In this document: piece after piece, positions 49,324 through 62,656 of the stretch
How positions within the stretch are numbered: the first letter of the stretch is position 1
How the letters are laid out: each line of letters starts with the position of its first letter
Assembly (NCBI RefSeq): GCF_024521635.1
Contig: NW_026250420.1
Location: 1 to 64,000, forward strand
Source: Tricharina praecox
Lineage: Eukaryota
Direction: 5' to 3'
DNA: 64,000 nt
The notes under the pieces: generated by a model
The model's input: only the letters and a program-made list of their open reading frames with translations
The model's database searches: none
Told to the model about the DNA's origin: nothing
Translations under genes and position numbers: made by a program

Positions 49324-52300
49324 CTACTCCTCGTCCCTCGCATCGATCGGCTTAAACAGCAACTTCATATTATACGTCAGATCCTCGACGCCATAGTTCT
49401 CATCGATATCGCCGGCCCTACCGCCGGGCGGGGGGACCAGCGGTCCGGGGGCCGTCTTCGCGTTCTGCAGCATAGCTAGGGTGAGCTTGACATTGCTCTC
49501 GTCGCCTGATGCTCGGTAGCCGGCCTGTCTGCGACTATTGTAGCGCAGGAACAGCTTCCCGAGGTAGTAGTACTGTGTGCCATTGCGCGAGAACCCGACG
49601 CGGGATGCAGGGCCGGGGTACTGTGTCTGCGTGTCGCGGAACCACACGTCCATCCACTTGTCGAAGGCGCGGGCGAGCGTGGCGACGCGCCCGTCGTCGA
49701 AGAACTCGCTGCCAGATGGGTCCATTCCCAGCCAGTAGCTCATCCACCCTGCGTCTGGCTGCTCCGCGTGCATGTGGTGGATCCACAGCTGGATGTGCAG
49801 TGCGTGGATGAGGATGAATTTGGAGTGCGCGTTGGTGCACGCGGGTGGGAAGCTAGGCTCCGGCGACATGAACCGTTTGACCGCGTCCTGGAAGCGGATC
49901 TGCGTGCCGTTCTTGGTGCCGTGGGGGTTCACGGCGTGTGCGCGGTCGTGCCCGAAGATGCCAAGCGCTTCGGCACAGGTCGTGCCGTCCCAGGCCTCCC
50001 ATGCGGCGTCGTCGGAGGGGAGAGGCAGGCTCATCTCGTGCGGCTTGATCTTGGGCGGTACGTTGTAGTACAGGACGTATGCTGTGTCGAGGAGGTATAT
50101 GGTGTAGGCACACCTGTTGCGTCTTTCCTGCGTGATCCAGGACTGCCAGCTCCACGAGACGGAGCCCTTGGGGCGGAAGCTGACGTCCGTGAGCTCGCGA
50201 TAACATGTGCCGTTTGCGGTCGCGCACTCCTGCCGGAGCTCGTTCTCGTCGAGCGATCGGAAGAGGTTGGCTCGTCGAGCCATGTTCACCACCACATCGT
50301 ATCGCTCCTGCGCGATCGCTCGCTGCTTCGGATTGCCGTGCCACGTGAGGAGTACGTGCAGCAGCTCCATTGCCTGGATGTCTTCGAGTCCCGTGACGGA
50401 TAACTCGTCGGACGAGTACGGCGATGTGCGATGCGCCATGGCCATGTACTGGTAATCCATCAGCCGTCGCACCTGGTCCACGGTGATTCCGCGATCCGAG
50501 TACACGGCGCCGATGCAGACGATCGACATCAACAAGGTATCGTGAGTGGTCCGCAGATCGAACGAGGGCTTGTGGATCATGGGGAAATGCTCCTCGAAGT
50601 GGGTGAAGAAAAGGGTCACGAAGTGCTCGACATGATTCGGACTGAGCCATGCCTTGAGATCTTCGGTATCGGCGTTTTGGTATTCCTTCTGAAGTTGCGA
50701 TGATATCGGCGAGCCCGACGTCTTCTCCGAGAAGCAGAGGGCGATGATGCGGTCGCACTGGTGCTGGATGAGACTGGCGCTTTCGGCGATCTCGCTTTCC
50801 GGCCGCTGTAGCGGACCAGGGGGCGGGTACAATGACGCCAGAGTATCCAGTGGCTGGTTGTATCGCGGCGCAAAATTGTACATCAGAGTGTTGATTTCAT
50901 CGTCATTCTGCATCATCCCCGCGATCGTAGGTGTTCCTATAGCTTGTGGCGTAAAATATGGGCCGGCGAACGGAGGGCCCAAGAGGCCGTTCCAGTCTAC
51001 CACATCATTCCCCGCAGAAGTGGCGGTGGCAGAGGTGGCGGCGGGCAACGGTCTTCCATCCCTCGATCCGTAGGCAGGTGTTGGGGATGAGGATTGTCGC
51101 GCTTGATGTTTCTGGTGTCGCCGCTGCTGCGCATTTTCGTTCAGTTTCGAGCCACCAGCTAGCAACGAAGAAGCAGAAATAGAAGGAGAAGCCGATGACG
51201 CTGGGGATCGTTGTTCCAACCTTTGCTGTTGCTGCTGCTGGTTTAAGCCCAAGGAGTGTTGTTGTTCTTGGAGTGCTCCCCGGTCGGTCATATGTGCGTT
51301 GGGATGTCTCACAGGTGGAAAATGGAAGCCATCCCCGTGGCCAGCTGGCTGGTCGGGCGTCGAATCGAAATCTTGTCCTCCACCATCATACAGGTCGTCG
51401 CCATCCATCATTCCGGCGATGGGGCTCCGCTTCTGGTTCCTGAGATAGGTGCACACCACCCCTTTGGAGTCGCACTTGGCGCAGGGGGAACGAAGGTCGC
51501 ACGCGATCTTCATGCGAGCGCAATGGTCGCACGCCTTTCCCGACCCCTTCCTCTCGCGCGACCCCGCGGCCGACACGCCGGCACCCGACGCGCCCCCCGG
51601 CGATCCCTCGGCCGACATTGACGTCACTGAGACGGCGGCGCCGGCCCTCTGCGCATCGGCAATCCTGTCGCGATTCCTCCTCGTCGCGTCGAGATGGCCG
51701 AGATTTTGCGGGTTCCCGCGCCGCACCGCGCACTTTTCAAAGTGCCGCTTCAGGATATCCGATCGCGCGAAGCTGTCACCGCACAGCCCGCACGTGTACG
51801 GACGGGAGCCAGAATGCCGCAGCATGTGCCGCTTCAGGTGCTTCGCATGCAGGTACGTCTTTTCGCAGTTTTGGCACCTGTACTTGCCGTCCTCGTCTTT
51901 TGGCGGCGAGATGCCGGCAGAGGCGGCGGCTGCGGCTGCGGCAGATGCGGCGGCCGCGGCGGAAGCGCCCCGACTCCCCTTTCTTCGCACCGGCGCAGTG
52001 GTAGCGCTGCTGCTCTCGCCATCTTCACCGCTCGCGGAAGGTGTAGACACCGCTGTGGCGTCAGCATTGTTGTTGTTGGGCAAGAGCAACCGGTTACCCG
52101 ACATGATCCCGGAACCGTTACCGAACATGGGGCTGCCGGGAGAATTGCGCGTCATGGATTGTTCGCTTGATTGGGAGTGCGAATGTTGAGGCATCGGTAA
52201 CAGTGGCGGTGGCGGCGGATGTGGTGCATGGGCGGAGCCATTGTGGAATTGGGGTAGGATATCTTGGTTGCGGTCATGGTGTGGTGGGTATTGGTAGAGG

Positions 52301-52599
52301 AGGAGGGAGTGCTGCTGCTGTTGATGTTGTTGTTGATGTTGTTGATGTTGTAGTCGTTGTTGTTGCGGAGGCTGGGATGGACGACCTGGCTGCTGCTCTT
52401 GCAATTGGCGTCGCGGCGGCGGCGGTTGAGGCGTGTACGCGATCAGATCGCTGAAGTCTGGCGGACCATTAAACTGCAAATGCGCGTTAGGGAGAGGGAT
52501 TGAGTGGAGGATATTGTGGTGTGGTTGTTGTTGGGTTGGTTGGGGGAGTTGGTGGTGGTGCTGCTGGTGGTGCTGCTGCTGATGTTGTAAATGTTGTAA

Positions 52600-52632
<33 letters not shown>

Positions 52633-52668
52633 TTGTCGAAGATGTGGTGGTAGATGGTGGAACTGCAT
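49324..52668 (-). CDS. Transcription factor with two C2H2-type fingers, a Zn2Cys6 cluster and a fungal TF middle-homology domain (RfeC-like fingers); 5' end uncertain
   Basis: CQNCEKTYLHAKHLKRHMLRH, CGLCGDSFARSDILKRHFEKC, CDHCARMKIACDLRSPCAKCDSKGVVC, HFPMIHKPSF, LPLPSDDAAW, and a polyQ/H N-terminus. Confidence 0.92.
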
Positions 52669-55600
52669 TGACTCCACTGGAGTTCCGGTGTGCTGATTCA
52701 GGCTCGTAGTGGAGTTTGTGACCGCGGATGAGGAAGCGGAGTTAGCGATGTGGATCCGGTGTTGTTGCTGCTGCTGCGTCTATTGAAAAGTGGATCCTCC
52801 TCTTGTTTTCGGTTGGCGGCAAGGTGGTGGTGGTGGTGGTGGTGGTGGTGGATAGTGGAAAGTCGGAGGTGGGAGACGGGATAGTAGTGGTGGTAATGGC
52901 AGTGGTGGTGGTGGTTGTAGTGAAGGTGGTGGTGGGGATAACTACAGCAATGACTGGCGGTCCACTTTCTCGTTGCTGATACTGGACCGCGGCTGGGCTG
53001 GGCTGGGCTGAAGCGAAGAAAAGTCTTGTTACTGTTGTGGGGTACGGGAGGAGTGGAGACTCGGTTGGGGGGTGCTGCAGAAGTCGATGGTGCTTCTGGG
53101 GGCTGAGACTGGTGTTGGTTGGGGGGGTATTTTTCTTGGTGCTGGATTGGGGAATCGTGGTGTTCAGGACGGGGATGGTTGGATCTGGTGTGGAGTGTGG
53201 GAAGGTGGATCCTGATGAAAGCGGCGATGGGGGGGTTTTGGTTAGTATGTGGTGGTTTGGGGTGGGAGCACCTTGTTCCCCGTGTCTTCCACTGCGTCTT
53301 CTAGTTGAGTGTTCCGTTGGTATGTATGATATGTATTATTATTCCTCAGGCGTAATGGTTGCTTCCGTGTTGGTGGAGGTGGTGGTGGTGGAGGTGAGTG
53401 GTGGTGGTGATGGCGGTGGTGGTGGTGGTGGTGGTGGTGGAGTTGGTTAATAATGATGATCAAAGCAACTGCATACGAGATTGTGGCTTGGGAGGGCAGT
53501 AATGAGTGGAAGGATTTTTATTTTTTTTGGAGGAAGGGGAGCGAACTACTGCATAACTACTCCCAGCGTCGTCGTCGTCGTCGTCGTATGTAGTCGTCGG
53601 GGTGTGCGTGTTGGATCGAGAAGAATTATCCGTGCAACTCGCGTTCGCGTGACATCCACCAGGGGTCGCGAATCGGGCGCACTTGAGACAATGATGATGA
53701 TGATGATGGGGCGAGGGAGAGGACGGTGATGGTGGTATGTACCCTACATTCCTAGTGTACCGGCCGGCGGTGATGGCGAATGAAGGCTGGTTTGCTATTG
53801 TAGTTGTTGTCGTCGTTGCCGGTTGCGATGAGTGTGCTCCTCTTCCGTCGGCGTCGGTGTCGGTATCGTCGTCCTGTTCTTTTTCTTCGCCACCTTCTGA
53901 CGAATTCCGCAGCCGTCTCCATCGACCTCTTCGCTTTCTGCATCCCATCCCCTTCGGCGGCGGCGGCATCTTGCTGCTATCTACTGCGGCTGCATCGGCT
54001 CGCACTAGTTATAGTAGCTCGAGTCGAGTTCGAGTCTACCTTCTAGTTAACCACTCTAGTCCGTGGGCTGATGATATGATATGATAGATAATTGCTGAAA
54101 TCATATGGTGTCCCGGAAACAACTCGATAAGAAGCACCGGTCTTTCTCCTCCTTCTTCTCCTTCTCCTCCTCGCTTCAGAGCTCAACACGATTCCGATTC
54201 AGATCCGGAGTAGGCATCAAAACAGCGTTGCTCCTTCTGCTTTTTCTTCTCAAAGTCCGTCGGTTGTTGCCGGTGCAGCTGAGTCACGGGGAAAGCCGTG
54301 AAGCATTCCTGGTACCCAGCACTCGCCCTTTCCCCTTCCCCCTTCACTCACTCGCTCGGAATCTGTCCCTGGCCTCCCACGTCGTCGAACTACTGGCCAG
54401 CCGGGCCGAGCCGGGCGGAGGTCCACCAGGGGAATTCACGTCAAGCTGGAGGCCAGCGGTCTCGCAGATAAACGGTTATGTAACTGCCATGATCTAGAGC
54501 AAGTACCTACGAACAAGGTCGAACGACAGATGGAGAAAGAAAAGGCGGAAAAAAACTACCGGCGTGCCATGGCATTTGGCAGACCGAATGGACACTCGCA
54601 GCCCACACTCACCATCACCCTTCACATTTTTTTACCGCCGCCTCGAAAAATCTTCTGGCGTGCAGTGTGCACGAGATCTCGCACTCGCTCCCACGCGCTA
54701 CATACGGTACGCTACTGATACATAGTGCCTCCCACCCCTCCCGAGTCCCGAATGCCAGCCTCGCGGCAGCTTCCGCGGCCTGTCCCTTCTTCTTCTCTTT
54801 CTTCTTCTTCTTCTTCTTCTTCTTCTTCTTCTTCTGCTCACCGCAACCCCAACCCTCACTATCCCAGAAACATGTAGCACTTATGTCTACTTAAGTCCGG
54901 TCTTCCGCGACACACAAAAAGTAGGGCGAACGAGGTTGCGAGGTCGGAGGGAGGGAGAGACCACCGGATATATGAATAACCACATACATACATAAGATGG
55001 ATGGGATGAACCTGACCACGACCAATCGGCACGACCTCCCAGGAGCTCTCTCTCTCACCCACCCTTCCACTCACCCAACCTCTCGCTTCCGAACAGAATA
55101 TAGTACCATACCTAGATGAAGAGAAAAGGAAGAGCGGGGATGAGACGGGAGGGTTGCTGGGATTTCGAGGGCTCCTTCCTCCTTGGCTGATGACCTACAT
55201 ATTTGTGCACTGCGAAAGAACAGACACGGACGGACATGGACAGACAGACGGCAGCTTGGCGGGCGAGGGAAGTGAGTGCACATGCGAATCGCCGGAAAAG
55301 ACAAAGGGCAGACTTGTTCTTCATCTTCTTCTTATTCCTCTTCTTTCCTTTTGCCAGAGGGTTGTTTTTTTCTTTCTTTTTCCTCCTCTTTTTTCCTTTC
55401 TTTTTCGCGTAGTCCGGGGTTAGATTGGGGGGAGAGTTCTTAACCACCAACCGCGCCGAGGGCCGGATCGAGAGGGAGCGCGATCGGGGGCGAGGGGGGA
55501 GGCCCGAGGGGAAGCTGGAGGCCACGTGGTTTCCCGCCCTCTAGTTAGGTGCCGGACTTCGAAGAGGTAATCGCTCCAGCCGCGCGCGCGCTCACTCACT

Positions 55601-57124
55601 CCACGTATCTGTGTAGAGTTGTAGAGTATCTCCGTCGCTCTACTCCGAGCACATAAATATGTAAGTCGGTAGGTAACTACTGGACTGCGGGAGATCGAGT
55701 CTGCAATGGCAGAAGCATGTACATAGAGTACTCTATGTATGTAACTAGAGTAATCTGGCGATCGTGCTGGTGCCCCCTCTGTTGGCGGGTTGGCGGAATG
55801 CAGAGGCTGGGGAGGAGGAGCTGGGGGACTCGGGGGGTGCATTGGAGGGTCTCACTCGTGGCAGGCGGCCTGGATCTCACCGATCGTGTCGGTGCGACGA
55901 TGCCGATGCGAGATTCCAATATTCTAAGATTCAAACCCTGAGCTGGGTGCATAGGTACTTAAATACTTATGCAGGGACTGGCTACTGATCGTTGAAACCG
56001 TTATTACTCCGTCTTCTTCGCCTTCGTCTTCGTTTCCGCTCCGAGTCCCTTCTAAGTTCTTCCATTCTAAGTTCCTCCCTCCTTGAGTCCTTGCCGGCTG
56101 TCCTGTCAGGAACCAAAAAAAAAAACCGCCAGGATCGGATCTCCCTCTCTCATGCAGAAGCACGAATACCTAGCTTGTAGCTTGTAGGCCCTACATAATA
56201 GTTCCCAAGCCTAGCCCTTCCCTTTCTTCCTCTTATTCTTCCGCCTCTTCTTTTTTCCGTGTCCGTATCACCAAGTCTCGGCCTTTACATACTCTAGAAG
56301 CATGTATGTAGACTCGAAACTGCCGCGCGCACAGCCGCCACACGGCAGCAACTTCCTCCTTCGATCGAACGGCCAAGAACATGCAGGGCGTTCAACCCCC
56401 CCCCCTCCCCCCCTGCCTCACGCGTCTCGCCTGGTTTTGGTTTGATGCTGAGTATATAGGTATATAGTAGTGGGGGGTACTGCAGGGATGGCGGTCGCTG
56501 AGTTCTCCGATCTTTGTAGGGTTGTAGGTCTGGAGGTGGTGGTGGTGGGGGTGGGGGTGTATCTTACGTCTAGATGTGGTACCTACCGAAGCAAGTGGTG
56601 GGTATGTCGTGACCGGGCACATAATATACTCGTGTATGAGGTAGCTGGTAGCTGGTACTTGGCGGATCTCGTCCACCGCCAGCCAAAGCAAGCCATCACA
56701 CAAGTGATCACTCGAGACCGAGAGTTGAGACCGAGAGTCGAGACCGAGTGCGGAGCGGGAGCAAGCTTGTAAGTCGTCTATCGGCCGAGAATGCGGTTTG
56801 TATGTACATATTTGGCTGTCTCTCGGTCGTCCGTCCATCCGTCCGTCCGGGAGAAATGTTCGGACGGACTGGCCAAGATAAATCGAGGGCAGGATGGACT
56901 GCAGTCCAATACCAAGAAATGCAGAATGATCGTACGTTTCAACTTCTACATCCAGATGGGATTCTCGGGGACGGCAGAAGTAAAGAAGCAAACACTCAAA
57001 GCTGTCGAACAGCCGTACATGACCGTAACCACCCGAACTACCTAGGCACTCAACGAGGGAAGTTTCAGCACCCAAAGGTATTTTGTTTCTTCGTTGGTCA
57101 TAAGTGCAACCAAGTGCACATCAT

Positions 57125-57283
57125 CGGACGGCAGTCGACTGCAGTCTGTACCCAATCCACGAAATCCATGGACTGCACGGACTATATTTACGCGGTCCGT
57201 CCAAATGGCCGAACGGATGCAAATCTTGGCAGTCCGTTCATTCCAGACTGCAGTCCGGACCGGACTACTTATGTCGAACACTG
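57125..57283 (-). mobile_element. Probable DNA-transposon/MITE terminus, same family as 4372-4530
   Basis: The reverse complement starts CAGTGTTCGACA..TAGTCC.GTCC.GACTGCA.TC.GGA..ACGGACTGCCAAGATT. Confidence 0.55.
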
Positions 57284-59384
57284 GGTAAGGCGCCGCATTG
57301 TTACGGGATGTCGTGATGCTCGATGTCGCGATACTCTACAGTACTCTAGATAGATACCTAGCCAGACGTGGACAGCCGGTTGACGGGTGCTCGGGCAGAG
57401 AAGATTGATTGACCGTAGCCGACTTCCGATTCTGACTTGCGACTTCCTTCCCTACTTCCTACTCCCTACTTCCTTCCCTACTCCCTTCCCTACTCTGCAC
57501 ATCCCCGCCCGCCCGCCCGCCCGATCCGCTTCGGCGAACCGGAGTATCCTGACCCTTGAAAGTTGCAAGAAATCTCTAGATGTTCCCCTACGGTGCCGGT
57601 ATCCAACTTTGACGCCGGGGCTCCGGGGTGTCTTTATCGAGTCAGTCTACTCTAGACGGGAGCTGACTGGCCACTGATCCGGACAATGAACAACGGCCTT
57701 ATCTTATCGCCCCCGCCGGTTCGAAATTCGAAATTCCAAAGTCGAATCATCAGCCGTGACTTGGCTTAGTCGCCGAGTCCGTGCGCGGTAGGTATGTAAC
57801 TATTTGTTGCGTCGCACATCCCGAACTGGCCGGCAATGTAGAGTAGAGTAGAGTAGAGTACATAGAGCAGGTAGGTACTCTGCAGTTGAGTGCATTGGGG
57901 GCTCCGTATTCCGCCGTTGTCTCCGACTCCCCGAGTTTTTCTCTCCTCGGAAACCTCCAAAGCTCGCACACAGCACACAGCACACAGCACACGACTGCCC
58001 CTCCCCCTTGATTGATACTGTACTGTTCCTAGTCGGGTAGCGCATCCATCATCATCCGGCACCGCTCTATATACCCCCAAGCCCAAGCCAGGATAGATAT
58101 TCCGCGTCAATATCCACGTCCTACATACATAGCTCATACTTACATACCGCACGGTCCCTATGTACCTAGTATATACTCAAGTACGATACTTGCGTAAGTT
58201 TTGTATATAAGTACTATATCCCGCATGCGTTCCGTCCTGCATTCCGGGGAAGAACTCGGATTAACTACGCTGTATGTACCTACACGGAAATCTGCTGTGT
58301 TTAATATATGTACATACGAGTACATCCCGCTAGAGTACGCTATGTACTCTACTGTACTTTACTCGTACTCTACTCTCCCCATGTAGATACATATGTTCCG
58401 ACCTCCCCTGCGGCGGCCGCGCAGGCAGGGGGGGTTTCGGATAAACTCCCGACAGTCGACGGTCGACGGTCGGGCCTGCCTCTTTGGTGCAGTGGGGGAT
58501 GGCGAACGGCCGCTTTGGGAAGTGGGGAGCGGCCGGATTAGGTCTGGCGGCGGTTGCCGTGGGAGCGCGGAGCGGGAGTGGGAATGTGAGTGATGGGAAG
58601 AGGGAATGAAGCGTCCCCCCCTAATCTATCTACCTACTCTTTACCGCTCGCCTCCGCTCGACTCGCGGCTGAGACGCAGGCGACAAAAGCAAACGCGCCA
58701 ACCGCCTGGGAAGGGGCATAGCGGTGAATGGGATATGGAATATTACTCGCCACCCGGCACCGGACGAAGCGATGGAAGTTGGTCGGCCTTTAGACGTTCT
58801 GTATACCGTAATTTGTGGACACATCAGCATTGGCGGGATTGGTCTCTGTACTATAGTAGTAGTCTCGACGATTGCGTTGCCGGACGGCCGGTGTGGCAAG
58901 CGGGAGCACGGGGAATCACTCGACGACTTGCGGCTGCTGAAGCGATGTCAACGCTGGCTTTCACGGCTCATGGTATTCACAGCTATCTAAAGCCTGGGAG
59001 TTTGCTATAGGAACCAAGTGGCAGCCGTATCCTAGGCTTGCTGCATCAGTACCGTATTAAACCGGAGTTCTGTAACTAGAATCCGGCTTCTGCGTAAAAC
59101 CGGTCAGTAGGCGGGTACTAACAGCAGTCAAAGACGGTATTTCTGTGGCCCAAAGTGTTGGTGGGTATTCACGATGTTGCCATGGGAACCGGTGCTCTCG
59201 CAGCATACGTCATCTTCACAATACCGCGCGAACAATAACCTCCGATAAATACCGATTCTGCGGCATACGTTGTTTCTGACAAAGCGAGCTGATTTTGTCA
59301 CACCGTATCCACCCCTCCTTCTGCAGAATACGGTTGGACGACGGAGTCAATTTTACCCCGGTTTTTGCTACAGTAGGTAGGTAC

Positions 59385-60760
59385 TCTATGTATCCAGCAG
59401 GACCGTATGTATGGCAGGACCGGTATCCATAGCGATATAATGCGCCATCCTCGACAGCAGGCCCCGCCTGGACAGGGCTGGGCTGTGCAGTGCTGTATCT
59501 TCGGTAGGATTCATTCCAGACAGAAGCAGCAGCGGCTTCTGCTGTTAATAAGCCGACTCATCGGCACGTGGCTCGGAGGGTCGTCCTGGGTCCGCGACCA
59601 ACGGATGGAGACTGATCTCGTCCAGACTGTGGAGAACACTAGCGTCTCTCTCGAAAAGCAACAGTCGTTGCACTCAATATTCGGCTTCGGCCGAATAAGT
59701 CTCGGCCAGCGGGCTGATCTGAATGTATGTGCCCATCGGGCGCCAGGTCCTCGGGAATGAGGGGCTCTCTTGTGGAGAAGCGGAAATACCAGAACCAACA
59801 CCATTGGCGAGGGCGTTAGCAATAGCAGCCTCATTGCCAGTAGACGTGAGCGCGGCCGACCTGTCATGAACGGCTCCTTCGTGCATCCGATGCTGGGTGG
59901 GGGGGGGGGGGGGGGGTCATCAATTTGATTTCGCATCTATGAGCCTTTGTAGACTACGGCGAACACCAATTACACAACCAACCCTACTCCGTCCGCGAGA
60001 CTATCTATGTGGCTCTCCCTATTGCCCTACTGGCCCGATCGGTGGTTACCACTCCTCCCCACCATCCTCCTCAACTCCTCCCACCTACTCCTCCCAATTT
60101 TTCCTCAGAAGTAGACTCATCTCCTCTTCCTTCCCCTTTTTCTCCCTGGCCCTTCTCCCCACATCGGTCGCCTCCAGAAATTCCAGAACTGCTGCTGTGC
60201 ACCTCTCATCCGCCAACAGATCTCCAATTCGGAAACGATCTCGTCCACGCTTTGTTTCCAGCCGGACTGCTTTCCATAGTGCTTTCTGTTGCTCCCGCCA
60301 TGCGGTGCATACTTTAAACAGATGTTCGCGTGTTTGGCAGGCTCCAGGTTTGGAGCACCACCAGCACCAGTCGTTCGATTGGCTTCCGATTCGTTTTAGA
60401 TATGGTGCAATAAGGGCATGCCTAGTCTTCAGCTGGTGATGCCTGGATGCAGTAATCTTCTTCGCTTTTGATGCAACTGGGTCAGGCCGGTTTTTCCGCC
60501 ACTTGCGGCACTCGACGTTGTATATTGGGTTGGTTATCCGTCCGATCCTGGGTGGTGGGAGTTCTCATTGCGGGAAGGGTGGCGGCAGTGGCGGCAGCAA
60601 CCTCGGCACGGTACAGGGCACAAACCTCCGCATATGTTATTTTCGGCTCGCTGTCGCTTTCGGACCTGTGGATAGCCTTTAGAAAATCAGACATCGTTGC
60701 GTGTGGTCTTAGAAGGTCGCGAATATGAAGGCTACCTGGATCAACAGCCATACCCGTCGC
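59385..60760 (-). pseudogene. Decayed inverted paralogue of the 62657+ orphan gene, split by a LINE
   Basis: PKITYAEVCALYRAEVAAA (about 60590-60650) and DRSAALTSTGNEAAIAN (about 59820-59870) match the 62657+ ORF on either side of the insertion. Confidence 0.75.
59901..60540 (-). mobile_element. 5'-truncated LINE (non-LTR) 3' end with CCHC finger and 15-bp TSD
   Basis: QLKTRHALIAPYLKRIG..CWWC..QTREHLFKVC..AVLEFLEATDVG. Flanked by TCCGATGCTGGGTGG (59886-59900) and TCCGATCCTGGGTGG (60541-60555). Confidence 0.9.
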
Positions 60761-62656
60761 ATGTCGTGCGGGGTGGCCGAGTAGCCGAATGCCTTGCCGA
60801 GAGTAAAGCGGGTGGTAGTGGAACCGAATGGTTTTTAGTTCTGATTTGTTGAGCGGTGGAGTTGTCCGGTTGATGGTGTGGGAGGAAGAAAGTGGGAGGA
60901 AGAAGGTGGGAGGAAGAAGGAAGGCGAAGAAGGAAGGGGAAGAAAGAGAGGGAGGGGGAGGGGAGCACTAGAATGGAAAGAACCAACACGGTGTTGGGAA
61001 CTTAATCGCCGTTAACAGTCTGTCGCTGCCGGCGAAGCATGTTGTATCACTCACCTATTGAGTGATGACGTGTGGAGCGTTGCCCGAGATCCAGGGAGCA
61101 GCTTTTCGCCATAGTCTAGATAGACTGCATGCGAAATAAACTGAAGATCTTTCTCTCTATAGACAATCCGGGCTAGCACTGTATATAGCCCGGAGTCGAC
61201 GAGGCGAATAGACCATCACCTTCTCATTCATCTTGTTCCTGTGCATAACAGGACAGCACCAGCGGTGGGGGTCCAGCGGTGCCGTGTGCTCTCTTAACCT
61301 TCGGCTCAACTTCAGCTTCTCTTTCTTCTTCTTGATCTTTTCATCATCATCATCCTCCAGATGAACTATCAACCCTCACATCCTCTCATTTTCTCTGTGT
61401 GCTTTCTTTTAGATCCCGCCTCCGGCCTGGAGGAGTGTTGCCCACGAACCGCTCGCAAAACCGCCACCCCAAAACAATGACCAAATCCGACAGTAAAACC
61501 AACACACCTGCATGTCTTTGGCAAATGTAACTGCCGGCCTATGAGGGCCTCTGATGAATTTCGCTCCCGCAGTCTCGGACCATGGAGCGTAACTCGATCT
61601 AACAGCGTCGATACACGGCCTACTGGCCTTGCATATGATCTTCTTATTAGTATGAGACGAATAAAGGTGAGAATTGTAAATTTCCAAAATCTCTGTCTAA
61701 CGAGATGCTTCCTTATCGTCACTCGGACGGCCGGAGGAGAAACGATAAGATAGGACCGGCCGGAAGCCCCGTCATCCTCATAGATTATTACCATATTTAC
61801 TAAAATCAATCTGTCAATTATTGACCAATAAAATTGCTTGATCGCCTTTTAAAGGCGGCGATCAGAATGCTAATCTCGAGTGATATTCCATGAACATTAG
61901 TAGGCATGGCCTACGACTCAGTCCTGCTTTCCCGCTGCCCAACGTGCATCGGATTCTACTTACTCAAACTCGGATATAGATTTAAACTTGAGACATCGTC
62001 GGATAGATCGATTCAATCTGTTTCTCGCCGAGATGGTGGTTGTAAGGTGTTGTCTTTGCGATGTGTGGCTAGCCAACAATCTCAAAGGGCGACAACGACA
62101 ACTAGTGGAGTGGTCACAACGACAGCTCGCTCAAATAAAGTTGTCGTCGAAGCAAATAGGGCTTCACATGCCGTTCAAATCTTGGGGTCGAAGCACTTAG
62201 GGCTTCACGTTGTAGCCCACACACCCAAATAGTTTTTGTGCAGCCCTCCGATTCTCTACCACCACCAACTCTCTCACCTCCTTCTCACTTCAACCTCTCA
62301 CTTCAACCTCTCAGCTCAACTTTTCCGCTACCACAACTACCTACGGCCTTTGATATCACCATCGCTACCACAAAAGACTTCACCACACTTGTTGTCACTC
62401 ATACCTCTTGATAGACATGAAAGACCAGAATAAGAATAGTAAGTGAATCATACCCCTCTGCTCTCTCCTAGGTGAAAATACATCTGGAGAACTTGTGGGA
62501 GTTTTGCCTGGGCTCGCTGTGAGGAATACAGACACTCCATGGAGCATGATTTGCTTCAATTGTTCCATGGAATGGGATGGCATCCGGTTTCCTTTAGCTG
62601 CGCAAGGGCCAAAGCTGTATAGCTGTATTTGGCTGCGAATTTGATAATAACGGACC

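Noticed and set aside
48664..49343. Phe/Ser/Leu-rich membrane-protein-like ORFs
   Set aside because: Translations of the (AAAAG)n microsatellite.
53460..54005. 181-aa ORF upstream of the TF as a conserved uORF
   Set aside because: Mostly trinucleotide-repeat derived, and conservation cannot be shown from this sequence alone.
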